From the NCBI GenBank assembly GCA_028534125.1, contig CM052816.1, positions 67,024,001 through 67,088,000 on the forward strand: DNA of 64,000 bases, given 5' to 3'. Below, piece after piece: positions 1-13,034 of this stretch; the stretch's first letter is position 1; each line of letters starts with the position of its first letter. The notes below the pieces were generated by a model. The model did no database searches. It had not been told where the DNA came from and saw only the letters and a list, made by a program, of their open reading frames with translations. The DNA comes from Lama glama (taxonomy: Eukaryota). A program made the translations under genes and the position numbers.

Positions 1-1504
1 TTTAACTGAAAAATATATGCAAGTTATGTTTTATATGATTGAATGCCAGCAAAATTTAAAAAGGCAACTAAATTTACTTATTATTGTACATATCTGTTGA
101 CTGATTAATAATGTTTGGATAAGCAATACAGTAAAAAATATGTACAATTCATAAACTAGTATATATTTTAATTGATTTATTTTTCTGGCCTTTATTTCAA
201 TAAGATCACTAATTATTTGGTTTGATCAAGATTTTTTACATAATTTGTGTTCTACTGACATCAATTACCTAAAAGGTTAAAGATGTAAATATACAGTTTT
301 CAAAATTTGAATGTATTTTTATCAAAGTTATATATGAAAATAAATAAGGGAAATATAAATAAGGGAAGATATTTTTAATATATATTTTCAACATATTTTT
401 CTTTTTAAATATTCAAAATCAAGATAAAACACATACTTTAATCAATGAATATCAAAATTTTAAATAGTTTAATAAAGCTAAAGATTTTCATTTCATTTTG
501 AAAACAATATAAAGTATTTTTATAAAAATGAGACTATTTGAAATTTAGTGATCAACCCCCATTTAGTTGCCAATATAAAGAACTGGCTTCACCATGTTAT
601 AGCTAGACCTATACGTATACTCATTTAAGAGTAGTATGAATTATTTAATATTACAAAATGTTCTTTACTCTCCATGTGCAACTGTGATAAATAATGTGCT
701 AACTTAAGTACCTTTTGAGCCATGAATTATAAATAATAAGCAGCAAAAAAAAAAGATTGCTCAGCAGCACTGTGAACAACAGTTAGCTATCTTAGAATTT
801 ATTGCATTCACATGATCTCAGAGAAAGAGTACAAAAAGTTAGAATAATTTATATTTTACATATTGGAGCACTTCCACTGCTCAAACCTTTCCTACTCCAA
901 AGGAGTATCAATATTCAACATGGCAGGGACACAATCCACCAATTCTCATGGCTTTGAAGTACTTTTTCATTCAAGGAAATAGGTCAAGAGATGTGGAAAA
1001 GCATTTCTTTGGGCCATAAGAACATTTCTGCAGGTGCTGAGTGCCAGATCTTAAGTGAGAGAGATGCTTATGAGTTTTAAAATAATTCTCAATGTGGATT
1101 TAGAATATGCAGGGTTCTCAAAAGTTTAAAGGGCTCAAGGAAGGAATATCTTTAACTCAAGTCCAAGGGCATTACTATCCATCATCTATCACACTGTCTC
1201 ATATGTAGCAGGGTATAATTAATGTTGCAGTTATTACAGAAGTTGGTGACTAATTATACAGGTGTAGGGTGAGGAGAATACAAACAAGTAAAGCACGGTG
1301 GTAGTGTCTAAAGCCTGCTGATAGGGAGGTTTAATAATTTCAGGAAAAAATTGTGAGAAAAGAGGTTGTATTTATCCCCAAACACTGTAAATTTGAAGTA
1401 TTCGTAGAATTTCTTTGAGAAAGTCTGTTAAACAACTGGACATTTTAATGTTTAACATTTAAAAAATTTAAAATTTTTTCAGAGGATAATGCAAAGGATG
1501 CCCA

Positions 1505-2635
1505 ATTTAATGATGGCAGAGTAAAGGGGGCATTTATTCTTCTTTTCCTAGGAATGAAAATTAAAAATCCAATATAAAATTCCATTTTTGGTAAAAACAG
1601 AAACACAACATCTCCAAACTACAGGATAGGTTTAGGGGCTGTTCACACAACAGGAACCAAGCAACGGCACACGCAGAAAGAATCAGGTAAAGGAAACCAT
1701 GGCAGCAGGTCTCAGGGAAAAAAAAAAAAAAACAAATAGCAAAAACAGAAAAGATAGGAACATAACCTGAGTCATGATTTCTAAAGCCTTTGTTTTTATC
1801 AGCCAGACAATGGTACACACACTGGGGGAAAAGGTAAATAAGGATGAAGCTAGAAAAAATGATCACACAAACAAGCTGTATTTTCCGAAAGCTGTTTCTG
1901 TACCAACAAAGCAGAAGAGAGGACCTTACATCATAAACAGCGCCACAGCTGGAGAAAAGTCATAGCTATATGAATTGCCCACAAGCTCAAACGGATTGTA
2001 AGAGAATCTCACTTAGCCCAGAATATGATGCCGACTCCTCCACCACACAAATTTTCTATCAAAACCTGGCCCAGAAAAATTTCACTTCCTTTAAAAATGA
2101 ATAGTGAACATAAAACACCAGCACAGTATTTATACAAAAATGCTACAGGAATAGAGAAAGAAAACTATGAAACAAAAGTCAAATAAAGAAAAGCCACCCA
2201 AAAAAAGTATCACAGAAAAGAGGAAACAAACAAAAATGTCAAAATGAAGACAAAATTGAAAGAAACATAAAAGAAAAAATAGCATTAAAAACACAAGTGG
2301 AAATAAATAATTGATATGAAACAAGAAAAATAAAAAGTAAATCATAATAGTTTAAAATTTGAGAAAATGACAAGAAGGATAAATAGAGGGGGTTCAACAT
2401 GCATACAGTTGAAATACTCCAGGGGAAAAATCTGGAAATAATTAAACAGTGAAAATGTATTTTAAAAATTCATGAAAACATTTCTAAAATTTAAGAAACT
2501 TAAATATTGATATGGTGCATCATATTGGAAATAGTGACCCAGCCAAGTCCACACAAGCCCTATCCCAGTTAAAAGAACTTCAAATACAAAGAAACATTGC
2601 TTTGGGCAGTCAAAAAAAGGAGTCAAATGATTATT
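1505..2635 (+). mobile_element. Ancient HAL1/L1M 5' region and ORF1-like remnant
   Basis: A-rich + strand with ORF1-like stretches at ~2380-2635 (ggttcaacatgcatacagttgaaatactccagg; gaaaacatttctaaaatttaag; aacttcaaatacaaagaaacattgctttgggcagtc). Highly diverged. Confidence 0.5.
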
Positions 2636-3330
2636 AAACACATGAAAAGTTGCCTCCCTCTCATACAGTGAGAGAAATTCAAATTAGAATTGCACTGATA
2701 CGTAATTTTCTACTTATAAGATTAGGGGAAAAAATTGGATAATGTATTCCATTGGTAATGGTGTAGAGAAACAGGCACACTGACATATGGCTAGCCAAAG
2801 TTTCCCATGACAGAGTCATACTGTATCTACACAAACTTCAAATGCAGATCACCTAGACACACCACTTCCTCTTCTAGAATTTATCCTATAAATATATCTT
2901 ACAAATTTGAAAAATATGTATAAGTAATTTTTGTAGCATTATTTATAGCACAAAACAATTAGAAATAACACATGCACAAACACATAAATAATCACACAAT
3001 AGAATACTATACAGACATCAAAATGAATGAAGAAGCTCTTTATATACTTAATATGGAATCATCACCAAGATATATTGTGAAGCAAAAAAAATTAGGGAGT
3101 GGAACAACTAGTAAAGTATACTATTATTTAAGAGGAAAATAATGTAAGGAGGTATTGCTTGTACACATGAGCATCCTACATCTATTCTTGTGAATCTCTG
3201 GAAGAATACATAAAAGAACTGATAAAAATGAGTGGCCTCTGGAAGAGAGGGCCAGGGATAGAGCCAAAAAATAAATAAATGTGAGTTACCAAATTTTGAA
3301 ACAACACTGAAACTCTTATATAGATTCACA
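2636..3330 (+). mobile_element. Ancient L1ME-type ORF2 3' end / 3'UTR fragment
   Basis: L1 ORF2 3' motifs: aaacacatgaaaagttg; gtagagaaacaggcacact; ccacttcctcttctagaatttatcc; aatagaatactatacagacatcaaaatgaatga; ccaagatatattgtgaagcaaaaaa. Confidence 0.75.
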
Positions 3331-3446
3331 TGTTATTCAGGTCTGGTGAGAAGTCATTTACTGGAACAAAAACAATTATAGTGGCCTAAATAATTTAATG
3401 TAGATCAAGGAACGATCTATAGGCTAGAAAAAGTTGATTACAATAG

Positions 3447-3657
3447 CAGTGCTCAATAGAACCTTCTGCAATGACTGAAATGTTCTCTAATTCTTCACTG
3501 ACCACTATGGTAGCCACAACTTAACCACAGGAAACTACAGTTATTAAGCACTTAAAATGTAGCTAGTGTAACTGAGGAACTGCATTTTAGATTTAATTTT
3601 AATTTATTTAATAAATGGCTACATATGGCTAGTGGCTACCATATTGGACAGCAGCAC
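3447..3657 (-). mobile_element. MER3 (hAT-Charlie non-autonomous DNA transposon)
   Basis: Matches the reverse complement of MER3: caatagaaccttctgcaatga...gaaatgttctc...tgtagctagtgtaactgaggaactg...tggctagtggctaccatattggacagc. Confidence 0.85.
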
Positions 3658-4679
3658 TTCATACTAAAATAAAAACACTGAGCTTGAAGCATTAAAATGC
3701 TGAGCTCTGAGGCCAAAAGATGTCATTAACACAAATTACATTTTCTGCAAGCTAATATACCACTCCATGTACAAAAGCCCAGTCTTCAGCTAGGTAGCTG
3801 TGTTCCTGTTCCTCTAACCCATTGTTAGAGCCTCAGCTGGGCCACACAGTATCTCCGTGGGAATTAGAAAAAGGGAGCAGCTCCACAGGCAGATGGCTTG
3901 GGCAATGGTGACTTGGTGTGAGATGTGAGGCACCCAGACACTTCCTCTGAGCAGTCATGGCTCCCTGCCATGGCACACAGCTTGTTGATTAGAGCATGGC
4001 ATAGGTTTCACCATCCAATCACACCCTTGTAGGATTGTGGTATCCTTGTGTTGTGAAACACCTGTCCAGTTGTACACAGTGGCCCTGCCCATAATCCTTC
4101 CTCAAAAATGAGACAAGGCTGATCATTCAATCACAGAAGAGCTACAAGATCAAATCCCTCTACTTGCCCCCTACTTATGTCAACCTCTTAAAACTGAGAC
4201 TGACACCTGACTCCAGGATCTGAATTTTCTCCCGTTATCACTCCCATAATTATTATCTTGGCTGAGGCCAAAATAATGCCTATCCGCAGATATCAATTTG
4301 AAGGTAATTTATACACAGCACTGAGCTCTGAGTTTTTGTCTAAACAGGAGTGGATGCACAGTAAATCTTAATTCATCCTCTCACATGGATGTAGCAGTTA
4401 TGTATGTTAAAAAGAAACTAAACTTACAAATTTGTCAATTGCTACCTGGATGTTGCATGAAGTATACAAATCCTTAATGTAAGTACATGGGAAGTAGGAC
4501 CTGAAAACAACCAGGAAGTTTGTGGGTGTGACCATATATGTATATTTGGGGTATAGTTTTTTGACTGGATTTAAACGTAACATTCATTATAATACCTTTG
4601 ACTTTCCTACTTCAGTCAATTACACCAAAAATTTCCATCAACACACATGTATATTTTCCTGACCTCTGTACCAGGTTCA

Positions 4680-4800
4680 AAATAGTCCCATTTTAAGGAT
4701 GTAGAATTAAGACTCAGCTACTTTAACTGCCCAAATCACACAACTTGAGGCAGAGGCTGGTTCTTATCACTCTAAGTCAAGGTTTCTTTTGACCATATTC
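4680..4800 (-). mobile_element. MIR SINE fragment
   Basis: Degenerate core: cccattttaaggatgtagaattaagactcag...aactgcccaaatcacaca. Confidence 0.6.
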
Positions 4801-5714
4801 CAGTTGTCTAAATATAACATGCCAGTAGTAACATGTGTCTGTCACAATTAGTACTACTGACCCAAATAAAATATGAGTTAGGAAGAAAGTCTGTTTATGA
4901 CTTGACCATTCACCAAACTTACCTCATTAGAATTTATCTGGGGGTGAATTTTCACCCTCACAGACCTCCTGGACTCAGAGTATAAGAAGTCATGAAACCC
5001 ATGCTCCTTAATTTACACATGAGTGGTGGTGATTCATCCAGTCTGAGTCATCATTTCTCTCCCCAGGTCTTCTAATGACCAATTTTACACATGAGAAATA
5101 ACTGGGCAAGCTTCAGTTAAGGATTATTTCTCTAGAGGAGAAACTGGAGGTAAAATTAGTTTCTTAAGGGACAAATCCTTGGAACTTTGACTCATTTGTA
5201 AGAAAGGAAAGATATATTTTTCTACATATTTCATTAACACCCAATACAACAAATAAAGCCACAAGCACAGCACACTCATTATTTAGTAATACATATATAA
5301 ATTCTTATTTTGGTTTCTTTTTTTCTTAAGAGGGAACTAAGAAGGGGGTCTGATCTATTTCAGGTCCCCAATTAAATATAACCAATTTAAAATTAATCAA
5401 CACAGTATCTATAAATAGACCAAGACTCAGTTGAGCTGGTAACACTTCCTCCCTGTCTCCCACTATCTGAAGTGTTGCAAGCTAACCTTTAGGCCTAAAA
5501 ATAGGGCAGCCATGCTGAGTCACTAATAAATTTCAGCCCTACATTTCACAAGAAGGTAAAATGCTCTACAGCAATACTTAAAACCTCATCTTCCTGAGCC
5601 TACACTCTGGTCATGAAACCAGATAGAAATTCCATGATGGTTCCAGAAAACTATTCTTAGTATATTAGACCACTGCCAGTAACTTAGGGGCATCAACTCA
5701 CTTTGGTACAGAGA

Positions 5715-5725
5715 GGGGACTTTCC
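5715..5725 (+). promoter_or_regulatory. Canonical NF-kB motif GGGGACTTTCC inside an inverted repeat
   Basis: Exact match to the Ig-kappa/HIV kB sequence. Function is not shown. Confidence 0.3.
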
Positions 5726-6037
5726 TCTGTACAAAAGTAGAAATGAAAATTATCTATCTTATCTCTATCAGTCACCAGATTTCCCTTATTAGTCGTTTAT
5801 TTTAGAGCCTTTATTCTTATGGTTACTCAAAGATTCAGACAGACTCACTAAGTCCAGAAGGGACTTAGACACCAATGTGTGTATACCCGAAAAAAACAAA
5901 ACACCCAGGACTGTCAGGAACAGTCTCATGTGTAAATAGTTAAAAAAAAAATTAACTCCAGAGTTCCAGTTGTTATTACCCGATAATTTCTAAACAGTAT
6001 GGCAAGATAAAATCTAGTGAATAATATAAAATGGCTT

Positions 6038-6790
6038 TATATTCATGCATTCATTCTTTCAATAAATATTTGGCATCAATTGGTGCAAGTTCCTGTACTA
6101 GGTGCTGAGGATACAACAAGGAACACAACTGACATGGTTTATACCTTCTCAGGACTGAGTATAGTAGGTTACGAAGATAGTAAGAAAGACAATTACGTGT
6201 GATGTTATATAAAAGAGAAGTTCAGGAGCATTACAGGAGAATAAGGGCAGAGAAACTGGTAGAGAGGGGGAGGTAAAAGATTCCTCACTTAGATTTGGAC
6301 ATTTAGGAAGTAACACCTAAGCTCTGACCTGCATGATAAGTCAAGAGCTAACTTGGAAATTAGGATGGAGAAAAAATGATGAGTGTGTCTCAAGCAAACC
6401 CAAAGATCCCGAAGTAAGTAAAATAAAGCAGGCTGGATGAACCAAAAGCCATTCAGTACAGCAGGAGCCCAGATGGGCCAGGAATGGCATAGTGGGTCAT
6501 GGTTGGAGAAGCAAACAAGAGTCAGATCATAAAATGCAATTAACATAACCTGCATTAGGGAGTTTGGACTTTGGTCTAAGAGCTTTGGAACCCAATAAAG
6601 AATTTTAGCATCTAGGAAAGATGACTGAAGTTACATTATATGTGGGAAAAAAATTAGAAAAGACATAAGTTAAGGCAAGATACCAGTTATGGAGGGGCCG
6701 CTCAGGCACCCAGGCAAGCAATGCGGTAGTCTGAATTTAAAATAGTGGACAGACTTCAGAAAAATTTATGTAGTTGAATGGACAGAACTA
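6038..6790 (-). mobile_element. L2 LINE 3' fragment
   Basis: Begins with the reverse complement of the L2 tail (attcatgcattcattc...aataaatatt), then tgtactaggtgctgaggataca...ggagtttggactttggtctaag. Confidence 0.8.
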
Positions 6791-6991
6791 CGTTCTTACC
6801 AGGGCAAATATGACCATACCCAAGGGCTTATCCCTCTCCACATTCCCCTTGCCCCACAGCCCATAAATCTGAGAGATCACAGATGAAGCCAGCAATAAAT
6901 CTCCCAAAATAAACCACCCAACCTCCAATGCTGCCAGGCTGGAGTCTTCCGGATTTATAGGATGAAGGCTGATAAAAGCCTTCCTCTCTTA

Positions 6992-7580
6992 TAGCATTCA
7001 TCCTATAGATATTTACTGAGGGTCTGCTATGTTTCAAGTATTAGTCCAGGTCTTGGGAATAGAAATAAAATGGACATAGTATCCAACTTAAAGATTCTTG
7101 TATTGTAAGTGAGACAGATATGCAAACAGGTCATTATAAAACAATGTTGTAAATGAAGTAATAATGACTCTGAGTATTTGGAAGTGCATAATCCAACTAA
7201 ACGAAATCATTAAAGACTTTATGAGTGGCCTCATAGAAGGTATCCAGGGTTGATTCATAAAAAATAAGTAGGACCAGGTAGGAGAATGGAAAGATGGAAT
7301 TAATACAGGCATCAAAGTGAGGAGTAGCATGGTTTCTCGATGAGAGATACAAGCAATAATGTGCAATTGAGGCATGCAGTGAGAGACAGCATGTTGTAAG
7401 ATAGAGCTTAAGGGGTTCATAAGAAAGCCCTGGTGGAATATGTATGAAGTTTAGATTTTATCCACTGGGAAAATGGAGAGTTGTTGAAAACAGGAGAAAA
7501 AAGAATAGAATCACATTTACATTTTCGATACTGATATTGTGGTATCTATTCAGAGAATGGGATTTGAGGAAGCATATCTA
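6992..7580 (-). mobile_element. L2 LINE 3' fragment
   Basis: gcattcatcc...atatttactgagggtctgctatgtttcaag...gaagtttagattttatccactgggaaaatggagag. Confidence 0.7.
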
Positions 7581-7584
7581 AAAG

Positions 7585-8096
7585 TGTGCTAGGGAAGAAC
7601 AAATTTGACTCCATATTAAATCTGTTCCTTTAGCTTTAAGCCTGTGCTCTGTTTCCTGTGCTTAAGCATGCTGGTTTTGCACCTTTTATAAGAGAATGTT
7701 GCCTAGAACCTGAAATAGACAGGACAGCCCATTCTCAAGGCTCTGATCTTTAAGGGTATAACACTTTCCCACTCACATAGCGAAAAAAGTTGCAGAACAG
7801 AGAACATTTGTCTTGGAGGTTTACAGGAACATCATGACCTGACCTACACTGACAGCTGCAAGGACAAAGGATTTCAATACCAAGAAGGTTGCAACAACCA
7901 AACACTTTCCCTCCCCTTTTTAGTATAAAAAGACCTGAATTCTGACTTGGGTAAGATGGTTCTCTAGGTCATTAGTCCCCCATCTTCTCAGTCTGCTGGC
8001 TTTCCAAATAAACTCGTTATTCCTTGCCCCAACACTTAGTCTCCTGATTTACTGACCTGTCATGTGGTGGACCGAACAAGTTTGGACTCAGTAACA
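7585..8096 (+). mobile_element. ERV1-class solo LTR (MER41-like), ~512 bp
   Basis: TG...gtaaCA termini, near-perfect 4-bp TSD (aaag 7581-7584 / gaag 8097-8100), TATAAAA at 7924-7930, AATAAA at 8007-8012, and MER41-like motifs (gactccat; tttccaaataaactcg). Confidence 0.8.
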
Positions 8097-8695
8097 GAAG
8101 CAGTCATTGACAGATACAGACCACTCAAGTCTGCCTCTGTGTACACCAATGGCCAACTGCCTTAGAGCTTCCAGATGTTAGCCTCGGTCTCCTACAGCTG
8201 AAAAAGTAAACAGTAGTTATTAGATGCCTTCTTCAGAAAAATATGTGTTTGAACTAGATGATCTTTAGTATTCCTTAAAACTCAAAGATTCTATGGTTGA
8301 TTGAGATGCAGAATCTTCCCAGACTCATCATGTTACAAATCTAAGAAAACCTATTATTGAATCTAGTTGATGCATGAGGAAGAATTGAGAAAGTAAGTTC
8401 AGATATTATATGAATCTACAGTTTTTGATTCCTACACTTTTAATATCAAGTGGGAGGAGTCTGGATGGCAAAGGATACCAGTCCTATCTCAAAAATTTTT
8501 TCTGAATCTTTTCTGTTCCTGTGTGTAGAAAATGAAGAGCCCGGTTAAAAAGGGATATCTATATCATACTAAATCTTAAATGTTGTCTTGTACAATGTAG
8601 GACCTTAACTGAATAATTTCATTTTTCCTTTGAAATGAGTCAAAGCAAAGGAACTCTCCAAAATAATGCTTAAAAAACAAAGATTCTTCTATAAC

Positions 8696-8872
8696 GTGGA
8701 AAGAGTACTGGACTAAGAGTCAAGAGAACAAGCACTCCAGCCAACACTAATAAGCCTGGTGGTCTTATGTAACCCAGTTAACCCTCTATATCTTAGCCTT
8801 CTCATCTATAAAATCTGGTTGGACTAGAAGATAACTTCCAGAGGCCTCCCATCCATTACTCTATATGATTAT
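8696..8872 (+). mobile_element. MIR/MIR3 SINE
   Basis: gtggaaagagtactggactaagagtcaaga...ttctcatctataaaat...ggttggactag. Confidence 0.7.
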
Positions 8873-10014
8873 AGGCATGATTACACACTATACCTTGCTA
8901 TGACCATTGATGCACAAATTCATTATTTCAAAGGATATCCCAAGGGTTCCAAGAAGGTATGTTGTCTACCCCTGACTTTGGAAAGTCCTATATTCCTTCC
9001 ATATAGAAAAGAAAAGTTAAGAAGTAAAACTTTCATTTTCCTGCAAGATGAGAAAACTTACTTATAAATCTGAGGCAATGCATGCCAGTCTCATAATAAA
9101 CATCTACTAGGAATTGACTTCATCCAAAAAAAAAAAAAAGAAAGAAAGGTCCTCAGAGGAACACAGAATCTTTATTAAATTTTTACTCTTAAATACTTAT
9201 CAAGTTGCTGTCATATTGTTATGCATATATCATTAAATCACAAACCTCGTGCTGGGCTAGAGATTTTCATAAGTGGAATTGCAATGTTCTGACAGCCCTC
9301 TCTGAAGGAGACCTCAGAGTTTCAAATACTTAAAGGATTTACACTTCAGAAGCAGAAAATAGAGTGAAAGACTCAAACATATCTTGTTTTTGCAGGCTTA
9401 TCAGAAGATTGACACAAAGCAATGGAAGAACAAAAGAGATAATTATCTAGAAGTACTTGAACATGATATTTAAAAAGTCCAATCATCCAGCACCTGAAAA
9501 TTCTATTTTAAATTTTGATTTTCATTTGAAAGTAACATAGGTACATTTTGAAATATTGAAAAATAGAAAACAAGGGGAAATTTTATTTTCCCTTTGCCCA
9601 AAATCAAATAAATGACAGGAGGAAATAGACAAAGAGAGAAAAGAAAAAATTTATTTACTTGAAAAATATACTGAGGATGCACATAATAATAGATACTATT
9701 TATAGAACACATATTTTGTGTCTGGGACTGGAAAAGCCCAATCACAACCCTTTGTAGATACAACCTAAAATAGTTCTAAGATCAAGTCAACTCAGCCCGT
9801 AACTATTTTAGGGCTTTAGTGACTCCCAAAATGCAAAAGAAAGATTAAGGATTGAAATAAGAAAACCCACATGCACCTATTAGGACTTCAATACGATAGA
9901 AGGCGTTAGAAAATGTGCACTATTCAAGCACAAAATGGTGGTTAATTTTCTACAACTGATTTAAGGTGTATTTGTCAGATTAAGAAGTATATGGAGTACT
10001 AATAAAAAGAAACA

Positions 10015-11395
10015 AATGTAAAGCCACATCTAGAGACAGCTACAATGAAAATGCAGGACATCAAAGATAAAGGGATTTTTTAAATAACCTGAGATCAAAG
10101 GCAGAAAACCCTAAAAGGAACAAGCATTAGACTGATGGTGGGCTTCCCAAGAACAATCAATGAAATCAAAGGCAAAGTGATATTTCAAAGTGCTGAGAGA
10201 AACTAAATATGAACTCAGAATTGTCTGCCCAGCTAAACTGTCACTGAAAAGCAAGGGGCGTAGGAGAAATCAAGATACTTTCCCAAAAAAAGAAAAGAAA
10301 AGAAAAGGAAAGAAAAGAAAAGGAAAGAAAAAAAAGAACATTAATCACTATGAAAAAAAAATTAAAAGAAGTAAAAAATATTTTAAAAGATTAAAAGAAG
10401 GGAATTTAACACAGAAAAAAGGAATGCGATCCTAGAACAAAGACAAACAAGTACATTAGTGAACATTTTGATAAATGTAAGCATGCACTGACTGCATAAA
10501 AATAAACGTGACAGTTAATTTTGGGGATCAAAAATTTGGCAATCCCAAAATACTTAACAATAACATAAAAGGCAGAAGTGGTGATTCAGAGGAGCTATTG
10601 ATTATTTCTAAGAAATAGAAACAGAAAACTCCCAAATGTTATGTGTATAATAGAGACAGAAGGAATAAAGGAAACTCAGTGAATCCAGTAAAATGTTGAA
10701 TAGGATAGGGGGATCAAATAAAAAGCCTATAAAATAAGAAGAATAAGATAATATGAATAATAACTAACAATTAGAGCTTATATGTGCTAGGCATTGCTCT
10801 AAGTGTTTACAAATATCAATTTCTTTATTCCTCACAACAACCCAGTCAAGTAAGTCCTAAGACTTTATTACCCTCACTTTACAGATGAGAAAAGTGAAGC
10901 ATAGGGAAGTTAACTAATTTGTTCAACAGCTAAAGCTAGTGACACTAAAAAGATAAAGTAAACACCAAAGTCTGTACTACTAACTGCTGCATTACACTGC
11001 TTCTAGACATGAATCTAAACACATTAGTAAGCACAATAAATGAACTGCATGCATTAAACTCACAAAGCAATGACAGATTCTCAGAGTATATTTTTTTGAA
11101 GGCTAATGATATAAAAAGATATTTGTAAAGATTATAGACAAATCTCAGTCCAGACTATTCAAAAAAAAGAGAATGGATAAAAAAAGGTGACACATATACA
11201 AGATAAACTGCAAACAAACTATTAGAACTTACAAGGATTTCAGCAAGTTTACTAGATGAATGAAAAGCATCAATATAAAAAATCAATTGCCTTCATCCCT
11301 ATATAACCATTCCAAGTGATTTGAAATATACTTTCAAAGAATATACTATTTCCAGTCATCTTCTAAACTATAAAAAAGTGTCTACAAATAAATAA
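10015..11395 (+). mobile_element. Ancient L1M ORF1 C-terminus and ORF2 fragments, interrupted by a MIR
   Basis: Translation around 10184-10250, FKVLRETKYELRIVCPAKLSLK, resembles L1 ORF1p FKVLKE..QPRILYPAKLSF. ORF2-like sequence at 11215-11300 (aaactattagaact...ttcagcaagttt...atcaatataaaaaatcaattg). Confidence 0.7.
10760..11003 (-). mobile_element. MIR SINE
   Basis: atgtgctaggcattgctctaagtg...cctcacaacaaccc...ctcactttacagatgagaaaagtgaagca. Confidence 0.85.
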
Positions 11396-11403
11396 AATAT
11401 ACA

Positions 11404-11845
11404 TTTTTAAAAATTTAATTATAGTTGATTTCCAATATTGTGTACAAGTTCAGTTTCAGGTATACAGCTTCAAATTCTTTTCCATTATAGGTTATTACAA
11501 GATATTGAATATAGTTTCCTGTGCTATACAGTAAATCCTTGTTGTTTGTCTGTTTTATATATAGTGGTACATATCTGTAAATCCCACACTCCTAATTTAC
11601 CTCTCCCTATCCCCTTTCCCCTGTGGTAACCATAAGTTTGTTTTTCATGTCTGTGTGTCTTTCTATTTTGTAAATAAGTTCATTTGTATTATGCTTTTAG
11701 ACTGCACATTTAAGTGATATCATATAGTATTTGCCTTTCTCTGCCTGACCTACTTCACATAGTATGATGATTTCTAGGTCCATCCATGTTGCTGCAAAAG
11801 GCAATATTTCATTCTTTTTTATGGCTGAGTAATACTCCATTCTGT
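11404..11845 (-). mobile_element. 5'-truncated cetartiodactyl L1 3' end
   Basis: ORF 11697-11930(-) contains the L1 ORF2p C-terminus MEYYSAIKKNEILPFAATWMDLEIIIL, followed by a typical 3'UTR. Confidence 0.9.
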
Positions 11846-11857
11846 GGGGTTTTTTAA

Positions 11858-12000
11858 AAATACATATATGTATAAATGTGATTATATATATGTATATGTG
11901 TATATGTATCTGCATACTGCATATATACATATATGTGTATTATATATCTATACATATCACATATACACACTATGTACGTATACATATATACATACATATC
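11858..12000. repeat. Imperfect (TA)/(TG)/(CA) microsatellite
   Basis: tacatatatgtataaatgtg...tatatatacatacatatc. Confidence 0.85.
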
Positions 12001-12069
12001 AAGACTGATTCATAATAGAATTAATAAAAAATTGTTAAGATGAATAAACTTTCATGTTCAATAATTCGA

Positions 12070-12282
12070 AAGAGAGCTGAGTTCAAATCCCAGATCCCCT
12101 AGTTATATGTATGCAAACATATATAGGTTACTAAACTTATATGAACCTAATTTTATCACCTATAAAATGTGGTCAATAAAAAGCAATTCTTATGGCTAAT
12201 ATAATAATTACATGAGATTACAAACTTATCATTGTAAAGGCTCTAAAATAGTGCTTGGAATTTCTTGGGTACTGAATAAATT
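12070..12282 (+). mobile_element. MIR SINE
   Basis: ctgagttcaaatcccagat...acctataaaatgtgg...tgtaaaggctctaaaatagtgcttgg...actgaataaat. Confidence 0.7.
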
Positions 12283-12376
12283 GTCTCTTTTCCCGGAAAC
12301 AACAGGAAGAAACTGTAAGAACCAGAAGTAACTCATCTCAAAATAAAAGGCAACACTAATATGTGTTTTAGAAATA

Positions 12377-12532
12377 CAGCTGGCCCTTAACAACACAAGG
12401 GTTAGTGGTGCCAACCTTGCACAATCAAAAACCCATGTATAACATCACAGTTGGCCCTCCATATCTGTGGTTCTGCATTCATAGATTCAACCAACCATAC
12501 AATTCAAACCCATGTTGTTCAAAGGTCCCTTA
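12377..12532. mobile_element. Tigger2-derived MITE (Tigger2a_Art-like), internally deleted
   Basis: Terminal inverted repeats cagctggcccttaacaacac / catgttgttcaaaggtcc, TA on both flanks, internal gattcaaccaacc. Confidence 0.8.
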
Positions 12533-13034
12533 TACAATGACTGGGAAGAAGGAAGAAAAATGCTCCTGACTAGGAACTTTCTTTATAAATGTACATCTTC
12601 CACTTTCCATGGCTCATTGCTTAAATAGGCACGTGCATGTTTGTGGAATGGGATGTGGGTTAAGGTGAGGTGTGAGGCAGTTTCTCCAGGCACCTATTGT
12701 ACTACAGGCTAATACTAGAAAGCCTTCAAGGATTCCCAGTGATTTTCAGGTGTTTGACACAACATGTTAATTTGCTGCATGGTAGCAGAAATGATAGTTT
12801 GGAGACTGTAGAACAGCCCTTTATTTTCAGGGAGAAAGGGAAATAGGGTTAGCAGTGAGGACAATACTTTGCTTTAGTATTTGAGACAGTTTTTTTACTC
12901 TAGGATCAGTCACAGTGAAAACAAGTCAAAATTAATTGCTATGTCCTGTAGATGAAATGAAATGAGAGGCTCCAGGCTAATGTTCCCCAATACAAAGAGG
13001 GAGCATCGTGTATTGAAAGCTGCTATCAGTTTTC

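Noticed and set aside
1561..2345. Phe/Leu-rich membrane-protein-like ORFs (also 15381-15794)
   Set aside because: They are antisense translations of A-rich L1/HAL1 sequence.
9396..9473. Acceptor followed by a short frame (AYQKIDTKQWKNKRDNYLEVLEHDI*)
   Set aside because: No upstream partner exon is recognisable, and it may be an old L1 ORF1-related remnant.
10190..10435. Lysine-rich NLS-like ORF
   Set aside because: It is an L1 ORF1 remnant running into an (AAAAG)n low-complexity tract.
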